Shown here piece after piece: positions 36,132 to 43,920 of a stretch of 43,920 nucleotides of DNA. Numbering within the stretch: the first letter of the stretch is position 1; the number at the start of each line of letters is the position of its first letter. The translations under genes were made by a program, and so were the position numbers. Under the pieces are notes generated by a model. That model worked only from the letters and a program-made list of their open reading frames with translations, searched no databases and was not told the DNA's origin. This stretch comes from Candidatus Liptonbacteria bacterium (GTDB lineage: Bacteria; Patescibacteriota; Minisyncoccia; UBA6257; 2-01-FULL-56-20). The stretch is from positions 1-43,920 of the forward strand of contig JACQKT010000014.1 in NCBI GenBank assembly GCA_016204355.1, written 5' to 3'.

Positions 36132-36596
36132 TCAGAAAGGCAGGTCTTCGGCTTTTATTTCTTCGTTGTCGTCTATATTTATCACCGGTATATCGTTTTC
36201 CTGTTTGCCGACCGTAGAACGCCCTTCCCGAGTTTCTTTTGGTGGGAAATTGCCGTCTGCGGGACGCGCCGGACGTGGACCGAGCTGCATGCGCTCGCAA
36301 ATGATTTCCGTTGTTTTTCTGGCTTGCCCCTGTTTGTCTTGCCATGAACGCGTTTGAATTCTTCCTTCTATCAAAACTACGCTTCCTTTCGTAAGAAATT
36401 GGCTCGCCACTTCCGCCTGCCTTCCCCAGACTACGACATTGTGGAATTCCGTTTCTTCCTTTCTGCTGCCGCTTTTATCGTTCCAAACACGGTTTGTCGC
36501 GACGCTGAAACTGGTAACCGACTGCCCTCCGGGGGTAGTGCGCAATTGAGGATCCGCCGTCAGCCTGCCCAAAATGAAAATTTTATTTAGATTCAT
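36132..36596 (-). CDS. ssb: Single-stranded DNA-binding protein
   Basis: MNLNK..GRLTADP, EGRIQTRSW, C-terminal DLPF. Confidence 0.97.
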   Translation of the reverse strand: MNLNKIFILGRLTADPQLRTTPGGQSVTSFSVATNRVWNDKSGSRKEETEFHNVVVWGRQAEVASQFLTKGSVVLIEGRIQTRSWQDKQGQARKTTEIICERMQLGPRPARPADGNFPPKETREGRSTVGKQENDIPVINIDDNEEIKAEDLPF

Positions 36597-36597
36597 C

Positions 36598-36662
36598 CCG
36601 TTAGAGATAGGATAAGCTTAAAAAGCGCATCCCTGATGTTATAGTTAAACTTCTTTTAACGG
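36598..36662. repeat. Short element with terminal inverted repeats abutting the ssb start
   Basis: CCGTTAGAGA ... TCTTTTAACGG. Confidence 0.5.
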
Positions 36663-36698
36663 CCTTGTGTGATTGCTCGACAAACATTGCGGGATTCA

Positions 36699-37112
36699 TT
36701 ATTGAAGAATTTCTTTAAGCTGCTTTTCAAGAGCTTCGTTGCTGAGATGCGAAGGCTGTTTTTTTTCAATGGTCGGAGCGACTGAGGGTTTTCTTCTAGC
36801 GGGGTACTGATGTTTTTCCTTCGATTTCATCAACGGCGGAGTGATGATAAGAAATCTCAAGACAATCGGCTGAACGCGCAATTGTTTCTCCAAACCTGCC
36901 ATTTCGGACGGTAAAATGTTGAAGTGGAAATAACCAAAAAAGGCTTCTTCCCTCTTTTCAATGGGATAAGCGAGAGGAATTCTTAAAAGCGGGCTTTCGA
37001 AAATAATTTCTCCGCCGGCACGTTTCAGCGATTCGCCCATCCGTTTAGCGCCCTCTTCGTCGGCCGACACGAAAGAAATTTCGTAGGGTTTTTTATCGTT
37101 AAATTCTTCCAT
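36699..37112 (-). CDS. rpsF: 30S ribosomal protein S6
   Basis: YEI, LAYPI, VLRFLI; rpsF-ssb-rpsR synteny. Confidence 0.9.
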   Translation of the reverse strand: MEEFNDKKPYEISFVSADEEGAKRMGESLKRAGGEIIFESPLLRIPLAYPIEKREEAFFGYFHFNILPSEMAGLEKQLRVQPIVLRFLIITPPLMKSKEKHQYPARRKPSVAPTIEKKQPSHLSNEALEKQLKEILQ

Positions 37113-37150
37113 TTATAGCAATAAAAGAGTAGTTTATTTTCGTATTATCG

Positions 37151-40100
37151 TCAATTTCCGGCAGCTTCTTTATTCTGTTCCGTCTTTTGCGACGACAGCG
37201 GAGACACTCCTTCAGCATAAGTTCTTTCTTCTTTTTCTCTCTTTCCCCCGGTGGGTACAAGCCGGCCGATTATCACGTTTTCTTTCAATCCGCGGAGTGA
37301 ATCGACACGTCCTTCAAGAGAAGCCTGGACCAGTACGCGCGCCGTATCCTGGAAAGAAGCTGCGGAAAGGAAACTTTCCGTGGAAAGAGCGACTCTCGTA
37401 ATACCCAAAAGAAGCTGCTGCGCTCTGGCCGGCTGTTTGCCTTTTCGTTTCAACTCCCTGTTAATTTCAAGGAACTTTGATTTGTCTATGACTTCTCCGA
37501 CAACCAATTCCTGCGCATCGCCGGTTTCTTTAATTCTGAGCCTTGAAAACATTTGTCTTACCATGACCTCTATATGCTTGTTGTTTATCGAAGCTCCTTC
37601 CGCTGAATATATTTTTTGGACTTCGTTGATTATATAGCGAACCACTTCTTTGCTACCTTTGTACTCAAGGAGTTCCTGAAGATCGATATGCCCTTCGGAA
37701 AGCTGTTGTCCGGCGACGACATCATCACCGACCTCAACGAAAAGAAGCGCGGCTCTCGGTACGGAATACTCCATCGTTTTTTTGTTCGCTTTCTTTTTCT
37801 TTGTTTCCCTCTTTTCTTTGACCCCGATGGTTATTATTTTAAGGGCTCCTTTTTGTTCTATTTTTTCGACTTTCCCGTCCGCAGACGACAGAATCGCCTT
37901 ACCTTTCGGAGGGCGCGCCTCAAAAAGTTCTTCTACGCGTGGCAAGCCATGTGTGATATCTAAACCCGCCACGCCTCCGACGTGGAAAGTTCTCAATGTG
38001 AGCTGCGTTCCAGGTTCTCCTATCGACTGCGCCGCGATTATTCCCACTGCTTCGCCCGTCTTTATGGGTTCGTTCTTGCTCAAATCGAGCCCGTAACAGC
38101 GGCGGCAAAAACCGTAAAGCGTTTTACATGAAATCGGCGAGCGGATTTTCACGGATTCAATTTTAGATTCCTGAATAAGTGCCGCGTCGCTTTTTTCTAT
38201 TATATTGCCTGCGCGCACAATTATTTTTTTTCCGGATTTAATATCCTCGGCTGCGGTCCTTGAGAAAAGAAGTGTTTCAACGGACTGGCCGATGTCTTTA
38301 GCGTCTTTCAAAAAGACTTCTATGCCTTCAGTGGTGCGGCAATCGTCATCTTTTATGGTAAGTTCCTGTGAAACATCTACAAGCCTTCTTGTTAGGTATC
38401 CTGCCTGAGCAGTTTTCAGAGCCGTGTCGGTCATTCCTTTCCTGGCGCCTCTCGTGGAAATGAAATATTCAAGGACGCTGAATCCTTCCTTAAAGGATGA
38501 CTTTATCGGCAGCTCCAAAGTTTCGCCCTGCGGGTTTTGAACCAATCCTTTCATTCCCATCATCTGAATAGGCTGGGCCCACGACCCTCTGGAGCCGGAA
38601 TCTATGATTTGATGTATCGGATTTCCTTTCTCGAAAGTCGATGTAACATATTTGGTTACTTCTGTTTTGGCGTTTTCCCAAACGCTTATAACCCTTGCCT
38701 TTCTTTCGGCATCAGTCAGAAGGCCTTGTATGTATTGCTCGCGAATGACGGCTATCTGGTCCTCGGCATTTTTGATAATGCCCTTCTTTTCTTTCGGAAT
38801 CACCAAGTCGGCCATAGCCCATGTTATTCCGGAGCGGGTAGCCATTTTGAAACCGAGATCTTTAACTCTTACGAGAATTTCCGTCGCTTTTTCCAAGCCG
38901 AGATGAACAACGAGCGATTCGATAAATTTGGAAAGTTTACGCTTATTGAATGTATCTTTCGCTTTGAAATTTTCCGGTACTTCTCCCAGAATGCCGTTGA
39001 AAATAGCCCTCCCTAAAGTGGTTTTTTCGCTGCCCATTCTGATCGGAGCATGGAGAGAAACAAACCCGTTTTCATAAGCAATAAGGCCTTCTTCGAGACT
39101 TTCAAAAGCCTTGTCCTTGCCCTTGCCATTTTCGTCGATTCTCGTTAGGTAGTATATTCCCAAAACAACGTCGTTGGTCGGCAATGCCACAAGGTCGCCC
39201 GTGGCGGGTTTCAGAATATTGTGATTGGCGGACATAATCTCGGCGGCTTCCTTTTGAGCCTGATCCGAAAGCGGCAAATGGACGGCCATCTGGTCTCCGT
39301 CGAAATCCGCGTTGAAAGCCACGCAAACAAGCGGCGGTATTTGTATGGCAAGCCCTTCTATAAGAAGCGGTTTGAACGCCTGTATTCCGAGACGGTGCAA
39401 TGTCGGCGCGCGATTCAAAAGAACCCTGCGGTCTTTGATTATTTCTTCGAGTATTGCGTAGATTTCGTCTCCGGCCTGCTCGATAAGCCGATTTGCGTTC
39501 CTTATAGTGTGAGCCATTCCCCTCTTAATTATTTCATGGATGACAAACGGCCGGAAGAGCTCGAGAGCCATTTTTTTCGGCAGACCGCATTCGTCCAAAT
39601 CGAGATTCGGCCCGACGACGATTACGGAACGTCCGGAGTAATCGACACGTTTTCCGAGAAGATTTTGCCTGAACCTTCCCTGTTTCCCCTTCAACATGTC
39701 GGCGAGAGAACGCAGCGGTCTTCTTTGTGCGGACATTTGCTGCGTGCCGAATCTCGTCGAATTGTCTATCAGTGCGTCAACCGACTCCTGAAGCATTCTT
39801 TTTTCATTTTTGATTATCACCTCCGGAGCTTTTATTTCCATGAGCCGCTTCAACCTGTTGTTTCTGTTTATAACGCGGCGATAAAGATCATTAAGGTCCG
39901 AAGTCGCATATCTTCCTCCATCCAGCGCCACCATAGGGCGGAGATCCGGAGGCAGAACAGGCAAGGCCGTGAGAATCAGCCACTCTGGGCGGATTCCGTT
40001 TTTGAACATGGAACGGAAAAGTTTCAACCTTCTCAGGGCTTTGTTCTCCGCCGGTCCGGATTGTTTTGGAGAACCGGTTTCTTTTTCCATTTTTTGGATC

Positions 40101-43100
40101 TCGCTCTTGAGATCCATTTTTTCGAGAATCTTTCTTATCGCTTCCGCGCCGCTGGCAGCAATAAAAACGTTCCCGAACCTTCTGCTCAGTCTGAAATATT
40201 CCGATTCGCTGAGAACGAGTCCCGGCCTGAGATTGAGAAGGGTCGATTTTATCTGACTGGCCGCGTATTCCAGCTCATCGGAGGCTTTCTTGACGACTTT
40301 TTTGGTGTTTCCGGTTCTGACTGTTTTTATTTTTCCTTTAAGTTCACGCTCGATTTCCTCCAGTGCCGCTTTTCGGTTTCCTTCGTCAACCTCAGTGACA
40401 ACGTAATCGACGTAATAAATGACGCGCTCGAGTTTCGAAGAAGGAACGTCGAGCATCAGGCTTAGTCTTGAAGGTATGGCTTTGAAAAACCATATATGCG
40501 CAACCGGTGCCGCCAAATTTATATGCCCGAGCCTTTCGCGTCTCACGGAAGCCCTGGTTACTTCTACGCCGCATCTGTCGCAAACAACGCCCTTATATCT
40601 TATTCTTCTGTATTTGCCGCAATAACATTCGTAATCCTTGACCGGACCGAATATGCGCTCCGAAAAAAGACCGTCTTTCTCCGGGCGCTGAGTCCGATAG
40701 TTTATCGTTTCGGGTTTTATCACTTCTCCGTGTGACCACTTGTTTACTATGTCCTCGGGCGAAGCGGGACTTATTTTCAGCGCCTTGAAATCATCTCTGT
40801 GGCTCGCCTCGGATTCATAAATGGGCTCGATATTCATTGAAAGAGCTTTCAGTTCGCTTACAAGGACATTGAACGTAGCAGGAATGTTTGGTTCCTTTAT
40901 CTGTTCGCCGCGTATTATAGACTCGTAAGCAGCCGAACGCCCCATGACGTCGTCGGATTTGATGGTCAGCATTTCCTGCAAAACATGGCGCGCGCCGTAG
41001 CCTTCCAACGCCCAGACTTCCATCTCTCCGAATCTTTGTCCTCCGAATTGAGCTTTTCCTCCGAGCGGTTGCTGGGTAATCAGCGAGTAAGGGCCTATCG
41101 AACGCATATGCACTTTGTCTTCAACAAGGTGATTGAGTTTCATCATGTAAATTGTTCCTACAGTAACCTTTTGGTCGAAAGACTCTCCCGTTTGCCCGTT
41201 GTAAAGAACCATTTTCCCGTCCTCGGGCAAATTGGCTTTTTTGAGTTCCGCCCTTATTTCCTCTTCGTTGGCCGAATCCAGTCCCGGAGTAACGGCGCGA
41301 TAGCCCTGCTCGGAGGCGGCCCAGCCGAGGTGCGTTTCCAAAATTTGTCCGAGATTCATACGCGAAACCACGCCCAAAGGATTCAAAATTATGTCCACGG
41401 GCGTTCCGTCTTCGAGATAAGGCATATCCTCAACCGGCCTCACCTGCGAAATCACGCCTTTGTTCCCATGCCGTCCCGCCAGCTTGTCGCCAGCCTGGAC
41501 TTTCCTGAGATGCGCTACCTCGACCTGAATTCGTTTGATAACTCCTACCTCCAATTTGTCTCCTTGGTCACGGGAAAATATTTTTACGCCGACAACGCGG
41601 CCGCGTTTGCCGTGAGGCATTGTGAGCGAAGTATCTTTAACGTCGCGAGCTTTTTCTCCGAAAATCGCGCGGAGTAATCTTTCTTCGGCGGTCAGCTCCG
41701 TTTCTCCTTTCGGAGATATCTTGCCCACGAGAATGTCTCCGGCTTTAACTTCGGCGCCCATACGCACTATTCCTTCCTCATCCAAGTTTTTCAGTTTTTC
41801 TTCTGCTACGTTAGGAAGGTCCGGCGTTGTTATTTCCGGACCGAGTTTGGTGTCACGGACGTCGCAATAAAAATCTTCAATATGTATGGAAGTAAAAAGA
41901 TCGTCGCGAGCAACGCGTTCTGATATTATTATCGCGTCTTCGAAGTTCGCGCCTTCCCATGACATGAAGGCAACTTTCAGATTTTGTCCGAGAGCAAGAA
42001 TTCCGTCTTCCGTCGACGGCCCGTCTATCAAAACTTCTCCTTTTTTAACCGCCTGCCCTTGCGAAACAAGAGGTTTTTGGGAAATGCACGTATATTGGTT
42101 AGAACGCTTGAATTTCGTAAGAGTGTGGACTTTCTTTTCTTTGCCGTATTGCACGGTAACCGAACCGGCGTCAACCGCCACTATTTTCCCGTCTGCTTCC
42201 GCGCGCACAACGTATCCGGAATCGCCGGCGGATTTTTCTTCCTGTCCGGTCATCACGTGCGGTGCCTTCGGCTTTATAGAGGGAACGGCCTGCCTTTGCA
42301 TATTCGAGCCCATCAGCGCGCGGGAGGCGTCCGTGTGCTGCAAAAACGGGATAAGCGAGGCGGCTATACTTACGAATTGATGTGGAGAAACTTCTATCAA
42401 GTCAATCTCTTCGGCAGGATAAGTTCCAACCTCTCCGCTGAATCTCGCTTCCAAAACGTCGCCGGAAAGTCTGTCTCCTTCCGTGCGCGGAACAGCCGAG
42501 TGAACTATCTTGTGTTTTTCCTCTTCAAGCGCGTCCAGCCAGACTATTTCATGGGTAACTTTTCCGTTTTTCACTTTGGCATAAGGCGTCACCAAAAACC
42601 CGAAATCGTTCACACGCGCGAATCCGGAAAGATAGTTTATCAAACCGATGTTGGTCCCTTCCGGAGTAAGTATCGGGCATATTCTCCCATAATACGAATG
42701 ATGAACGTCACGGACTTCGAAGCTTGCATGTTCTCTCCTTAGTCCTCCCGGACCGAGGGCGGAAAGGCGTCTCTTGTGCTCGAGTTCGGCCAAAGGATTC
42801 ACCTGGTCCATGAATTGCGAAAGCTGCGAAGAAGCGAAGAATTCCTTAACTACCGCGTTGATGGGACGGAAGTTTATAAGCTGGGCGGGAGTAAGAGAAT
42901 CCTTGTCGAGAGTGGACATTCTGTCCTGGATAATTCTTCTCAGGCGGGCCAAGCCGACGCGAAGACGTCCCTGGAGGAGCTCTCCGACAGACTTGAGCCG
43001 CCGATTGCCGAGATGGTCTATATCGTCGGGCTTTGCCGCTGGATCGTTGTTCAATTTTATAATTTCCCTGACGATGGAGATAAGATCATCAAGCTTAAGA

Positions 43101-43920
43101 AGGCGTTCTTCCTCTTTTTTCTTGTTAACTACCGCAAGCCGCTGGTTGAGCTTGAATCTCCCTACCGGCGAAAGGTCGTAACGTTCGAAGCGCTGAAATA
43201 TGGAATCCACAAGGTTCTTTGCCGTAGCAGGCGTTGCGGGATCTCCCGGCCTCAAACGGCGGTATATTTCGACATAAGATTCGTCGATGTTCTTGGCGAC
43301 ATCTTTTTTCAGAGTGGCGTCCATGTACCGGATGGAACCTTTGTCTATGTCCTGGAATCTCGACTTCAATTCTTCTTCCGACGCTCCGAAAACTCTCAAA
43401 AGGTCCGTCACCGGAACTTTCCTGTTCCTGTCTATTTTTACACCTATCACTCCGTCGGGATCGGTTTCGAACTCGAGCCACGCTCCGCGGTTCGGTATGA
43501 CTTTGGCTCCGAACAACTGGCGGTCGTGCCAAACCGACGAAGTAAAATAAACACCCGACGATCTTATCAATTGCGAAACAACAACTCTTTCAACACCGTT
43601 TATTATAAAAGTTCCTCTGTCGGTCATGGCGGGAAAATCGCCGAAATATATTTCTTGCGAATTGGGCTGTCCCGCTTTCTTGTTTTCTAGCCTTACTTTT
43701 ATATAAAGAGGTATTTCGTATGTTCCGTCTTTATAAATGACTGTTGCTTCGTCGGCTTTCGGTTTTTCAAAACGAAAATCCTCGAAATAAAGTTCGAGTT
43801 CTTTTCCGGTGTGATCGCGTATCGGAGAAACCTCTTCGAGAAGTTCCCGCATCCCCTCCTTCAAAAACCACTGATATGATTTTATTTGTATTTCATTAAG
43901 ATCTGAAGGAACTCCTATCG
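37151..43920 (-). CDS. rpoBC: Fused RNA polymerase beta-beta' subunit, 5' end outside the window
   Basis: One frame holds beta motifs ([21 protein letters not shown]) then beta' motifs ([24 protein letters not shown]); frame stays open upstream of 43864 to the edge (..[17 protein letters not shown]). Confidence 0.96.
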   Translation of the reverse strand, partial: IGVPSDLNEIQIKSYQWFLKEGMRELLEEVSPIRDHTGKELELYFEDFRFEKPKADEATVIYKDGTYEIPLYIKVRLENKKAGQPNSQEIYFGDFPAMTDRGTFIINGVERVVVSQLIRSSGVYFTSSVWHDRQLFGAKVIPNRGAWLEFETDPDGVIGVKIDRNRKVPVTDLLRVFGASEEELKSRFQDIDKGSIRYMDATLKKDVAKNIDESYVEIYRRLRPGDPATPATAKNLVDSIFQRFERYDLSPVGRFKLNQRLAVVNKKKEEERLLKLDDLISIVREIIKLNNDPAAKPDDIDHLGNRRLKSVGELLQGRLRVGLARLRRIIQDRMSTLDKDSLTPAQLINFRPINAVVKEFFASSQLSQFMDQVNPLAELEHKRRLSALGPGGLRREHASFEVRDVHHSYYGRICPILTPEGTNIGLINYLSGFARVNDFGFLVTPYAKVKNGKVTHEIVWLDALEEEKHKIVHSAVPRTEGDRLSGDVLEARFSGEVGTYPAEEIDLIEVSPHQFVSIAASLIPFLQHTDASRALMGSNMQRQAVPSIKPKAPHVMTGQEEKSAGDSGYVVRAEADGKIVAVDAGSVTVQYGKEKKVHTLTKFKRSNQYTCISQKPLVSQGQAVKKGEVLIDGPSTEDGILALGQNLKVAFMSWEGANFEDAIIISERVARDDLFTSIHIEDFYCDVRDTKLGPEITTPDLPNVAEEKLKNLDEEGIVRMGAEVKAGDILVGKISPKGETELTAEERLLRAIFGEKARDVKDTSLTMPHGKRGRVVGVKIFSRDQGDKLEVGVIKRIQVEVAHLRKVQAGDKLAGRHGNKGVISQVRPVEDMPYLEDGTPVDIILNPLGVVSRMNLGQILETHLGWAASEQGYRAVTPGLDSANEEEIRAELKKANLPEDGKMVLYNGQTGESFDQKVTVGTIYMMKLNHLVEDKVHMRSIGPYSLITQQPLGGKAQFGGQRFGEMEVWALEGYGARHVLQEMLTIKSDDVMGRSAAYESIIRGEQIKEPNIPATFNVLVSELKALSMNIEPIYESEASHRDDFKALKISPASPEDIVNKWSHGEVIKPETINYRTQRPEKDGLFSERIFGPVKDYECYCGKYRRIRYKGVVCDRCGVEVTRASVRRERLGHINLAAPVAHIWFFKAIPSRLSLMLDVPSSKLERVIYYVDYVVTEVDEGNRKAALEEIERELKGKIKTVRTGNTKKVVKKASDELEYAASQIKSTLLNLRPGLVLSESEYFRLSRRFGNVFIAASGAEAIRKILEKMDLKSEIQKMEKETGSPKQSGPAENKALRRLKLFRSMFKNGIRPEWLILTALPVLPPDLRPMVALDGGRYATSDLNDLYRRVINRNNRLKRLMEIKAPEVIIKNEKRMLQESVDALIDNSTRFGTQQMSAQRRPLRSLADMLKGKQGRFRQNLLGKRVDYSGRSVIVVGPNLDLDECGLPKKMALELFRPFVIHEIIKRGMAHTIRNANRLIEQAGDEIYAILEEIIKDRRVLLNRAPTLHRLGIQAFKPLLIEGLAIQIPPLVCVAFNADFDGDQMAVHLPLSDQAQKEAAEIMSANHNILKPATGDLVALPTNDVVLGIYYLTRIDENGKGKDKAFESLEEGLIAYENGFVSLHAPIRMGSEKTTLGRAIFNGILGEVPENFKAKDTFNKRKLSKFIESLVVHLGLEKATEILVRVKDLGFKMATRSGITWAMADLVIPKEKKGIIKNAEDQIAVIREQYIQGLLTDAERKARVISVWENAKTEVTKYVTSTFEKGNPIHQIIDSGSRGSWAQPIQMMGMKGLVQNPQGETLELPIKSSFKEGFSVLEYFISTRGARKGMTDTALKTAQAGYLTRRLVDVSQELTIKDDDCRTTEGIEVFLKDAKDIGQSVETLLFSRTAAEDIKSGKKIIVRAGNIIEKSDAALIQESKIESVKIRSPISCKTLYGFCRRCYGLDLSKNEPIKTGEAVGIIAAQSIGEPGTQLTLRTFHVGGVAGLDITHGLPRVEELFEARPPKGKAILSSADGKVEKIEQKGALKIITIGVKEKRETKKKKANKKTMEYSVPRAALLFVEVGDDVVAGQQLSEGHIDLQELLEYKGSKEVVRYIINEVQKIYSAEGASINNKHIEVMVRQMFSRLRIKETGDAQELVVGEVIDKSKFLEINRELKRKGKQPARAQQLLLGITRVALSTESFLSAASFQDTARVLVQASLEGRVDSLRGLKENVIIGRLVPTGGKREKEERTYAEGVSPLSSQKTEQNKEAAGN

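Noticed and set aside
39221-40465. 414-aa plus-strand ORF and other long antisense ORFs (e.g. 1159-2004, 42776-43690, 24725-25552)
   Set aside because: They shadow well-supported minus-strand genes and show no recognisable motifs
1-43920. Alternative genetic code 25 (TGA = Gly)
   Set aside because: Conserved genes (rpmG, efp, dnaE, ssb, rpoBC) end at TGA at the expected positions

Overview
Core-genome segment of a Patescibacteria (CPR) bacterium, most likely Parcubacteria. This is inferred from the gene set, the short AlaRS, tRNA genes without encoded CCA and the small palindromic repeats. Genetic code 11 applies (TGA is used as a stop). Most genes are on the minus strand. Contents: tRNA-Asn, a GGDEF diguanylate cyclase, class II ribonucleotide reductase (nrdJ), a lamin-tail surface protein, efp-khpA-rpsP, a rearranged tRNA-Thr/Thr/rpmG/Trp cluster carrying NUDIX and LAGLIDADG-like passengers, dnaE, lysS-greA-GT2-map-adk, a 9-gene copper/thiol-redox cluster, an FtsA-like + baseplate-J-like pair, alaS, rpoD-dnaG, znuCB, a GT-C glycosyltransferase, PAP2, rpsF-ssb-rpsR, and a single fused rpoB-rpoC gene running off the right edge. 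Most notable: (1) the beta-beta' fusion; (2) an unannotated rod-shaped 6S-like RNA candidate with its own promoter and terminator; (3) an intact tRNA-Trp bracketed by inverted repeats and nested between two halves of a divergent tRNA-Trp; (4) a synonymously recoded duplicate of the last nrdJ codons; (5) small palindromic elements, one inserted in frame in a protein; (6) several apparently leaderless genes. All calls are by eye; no searches or folding programs were run.
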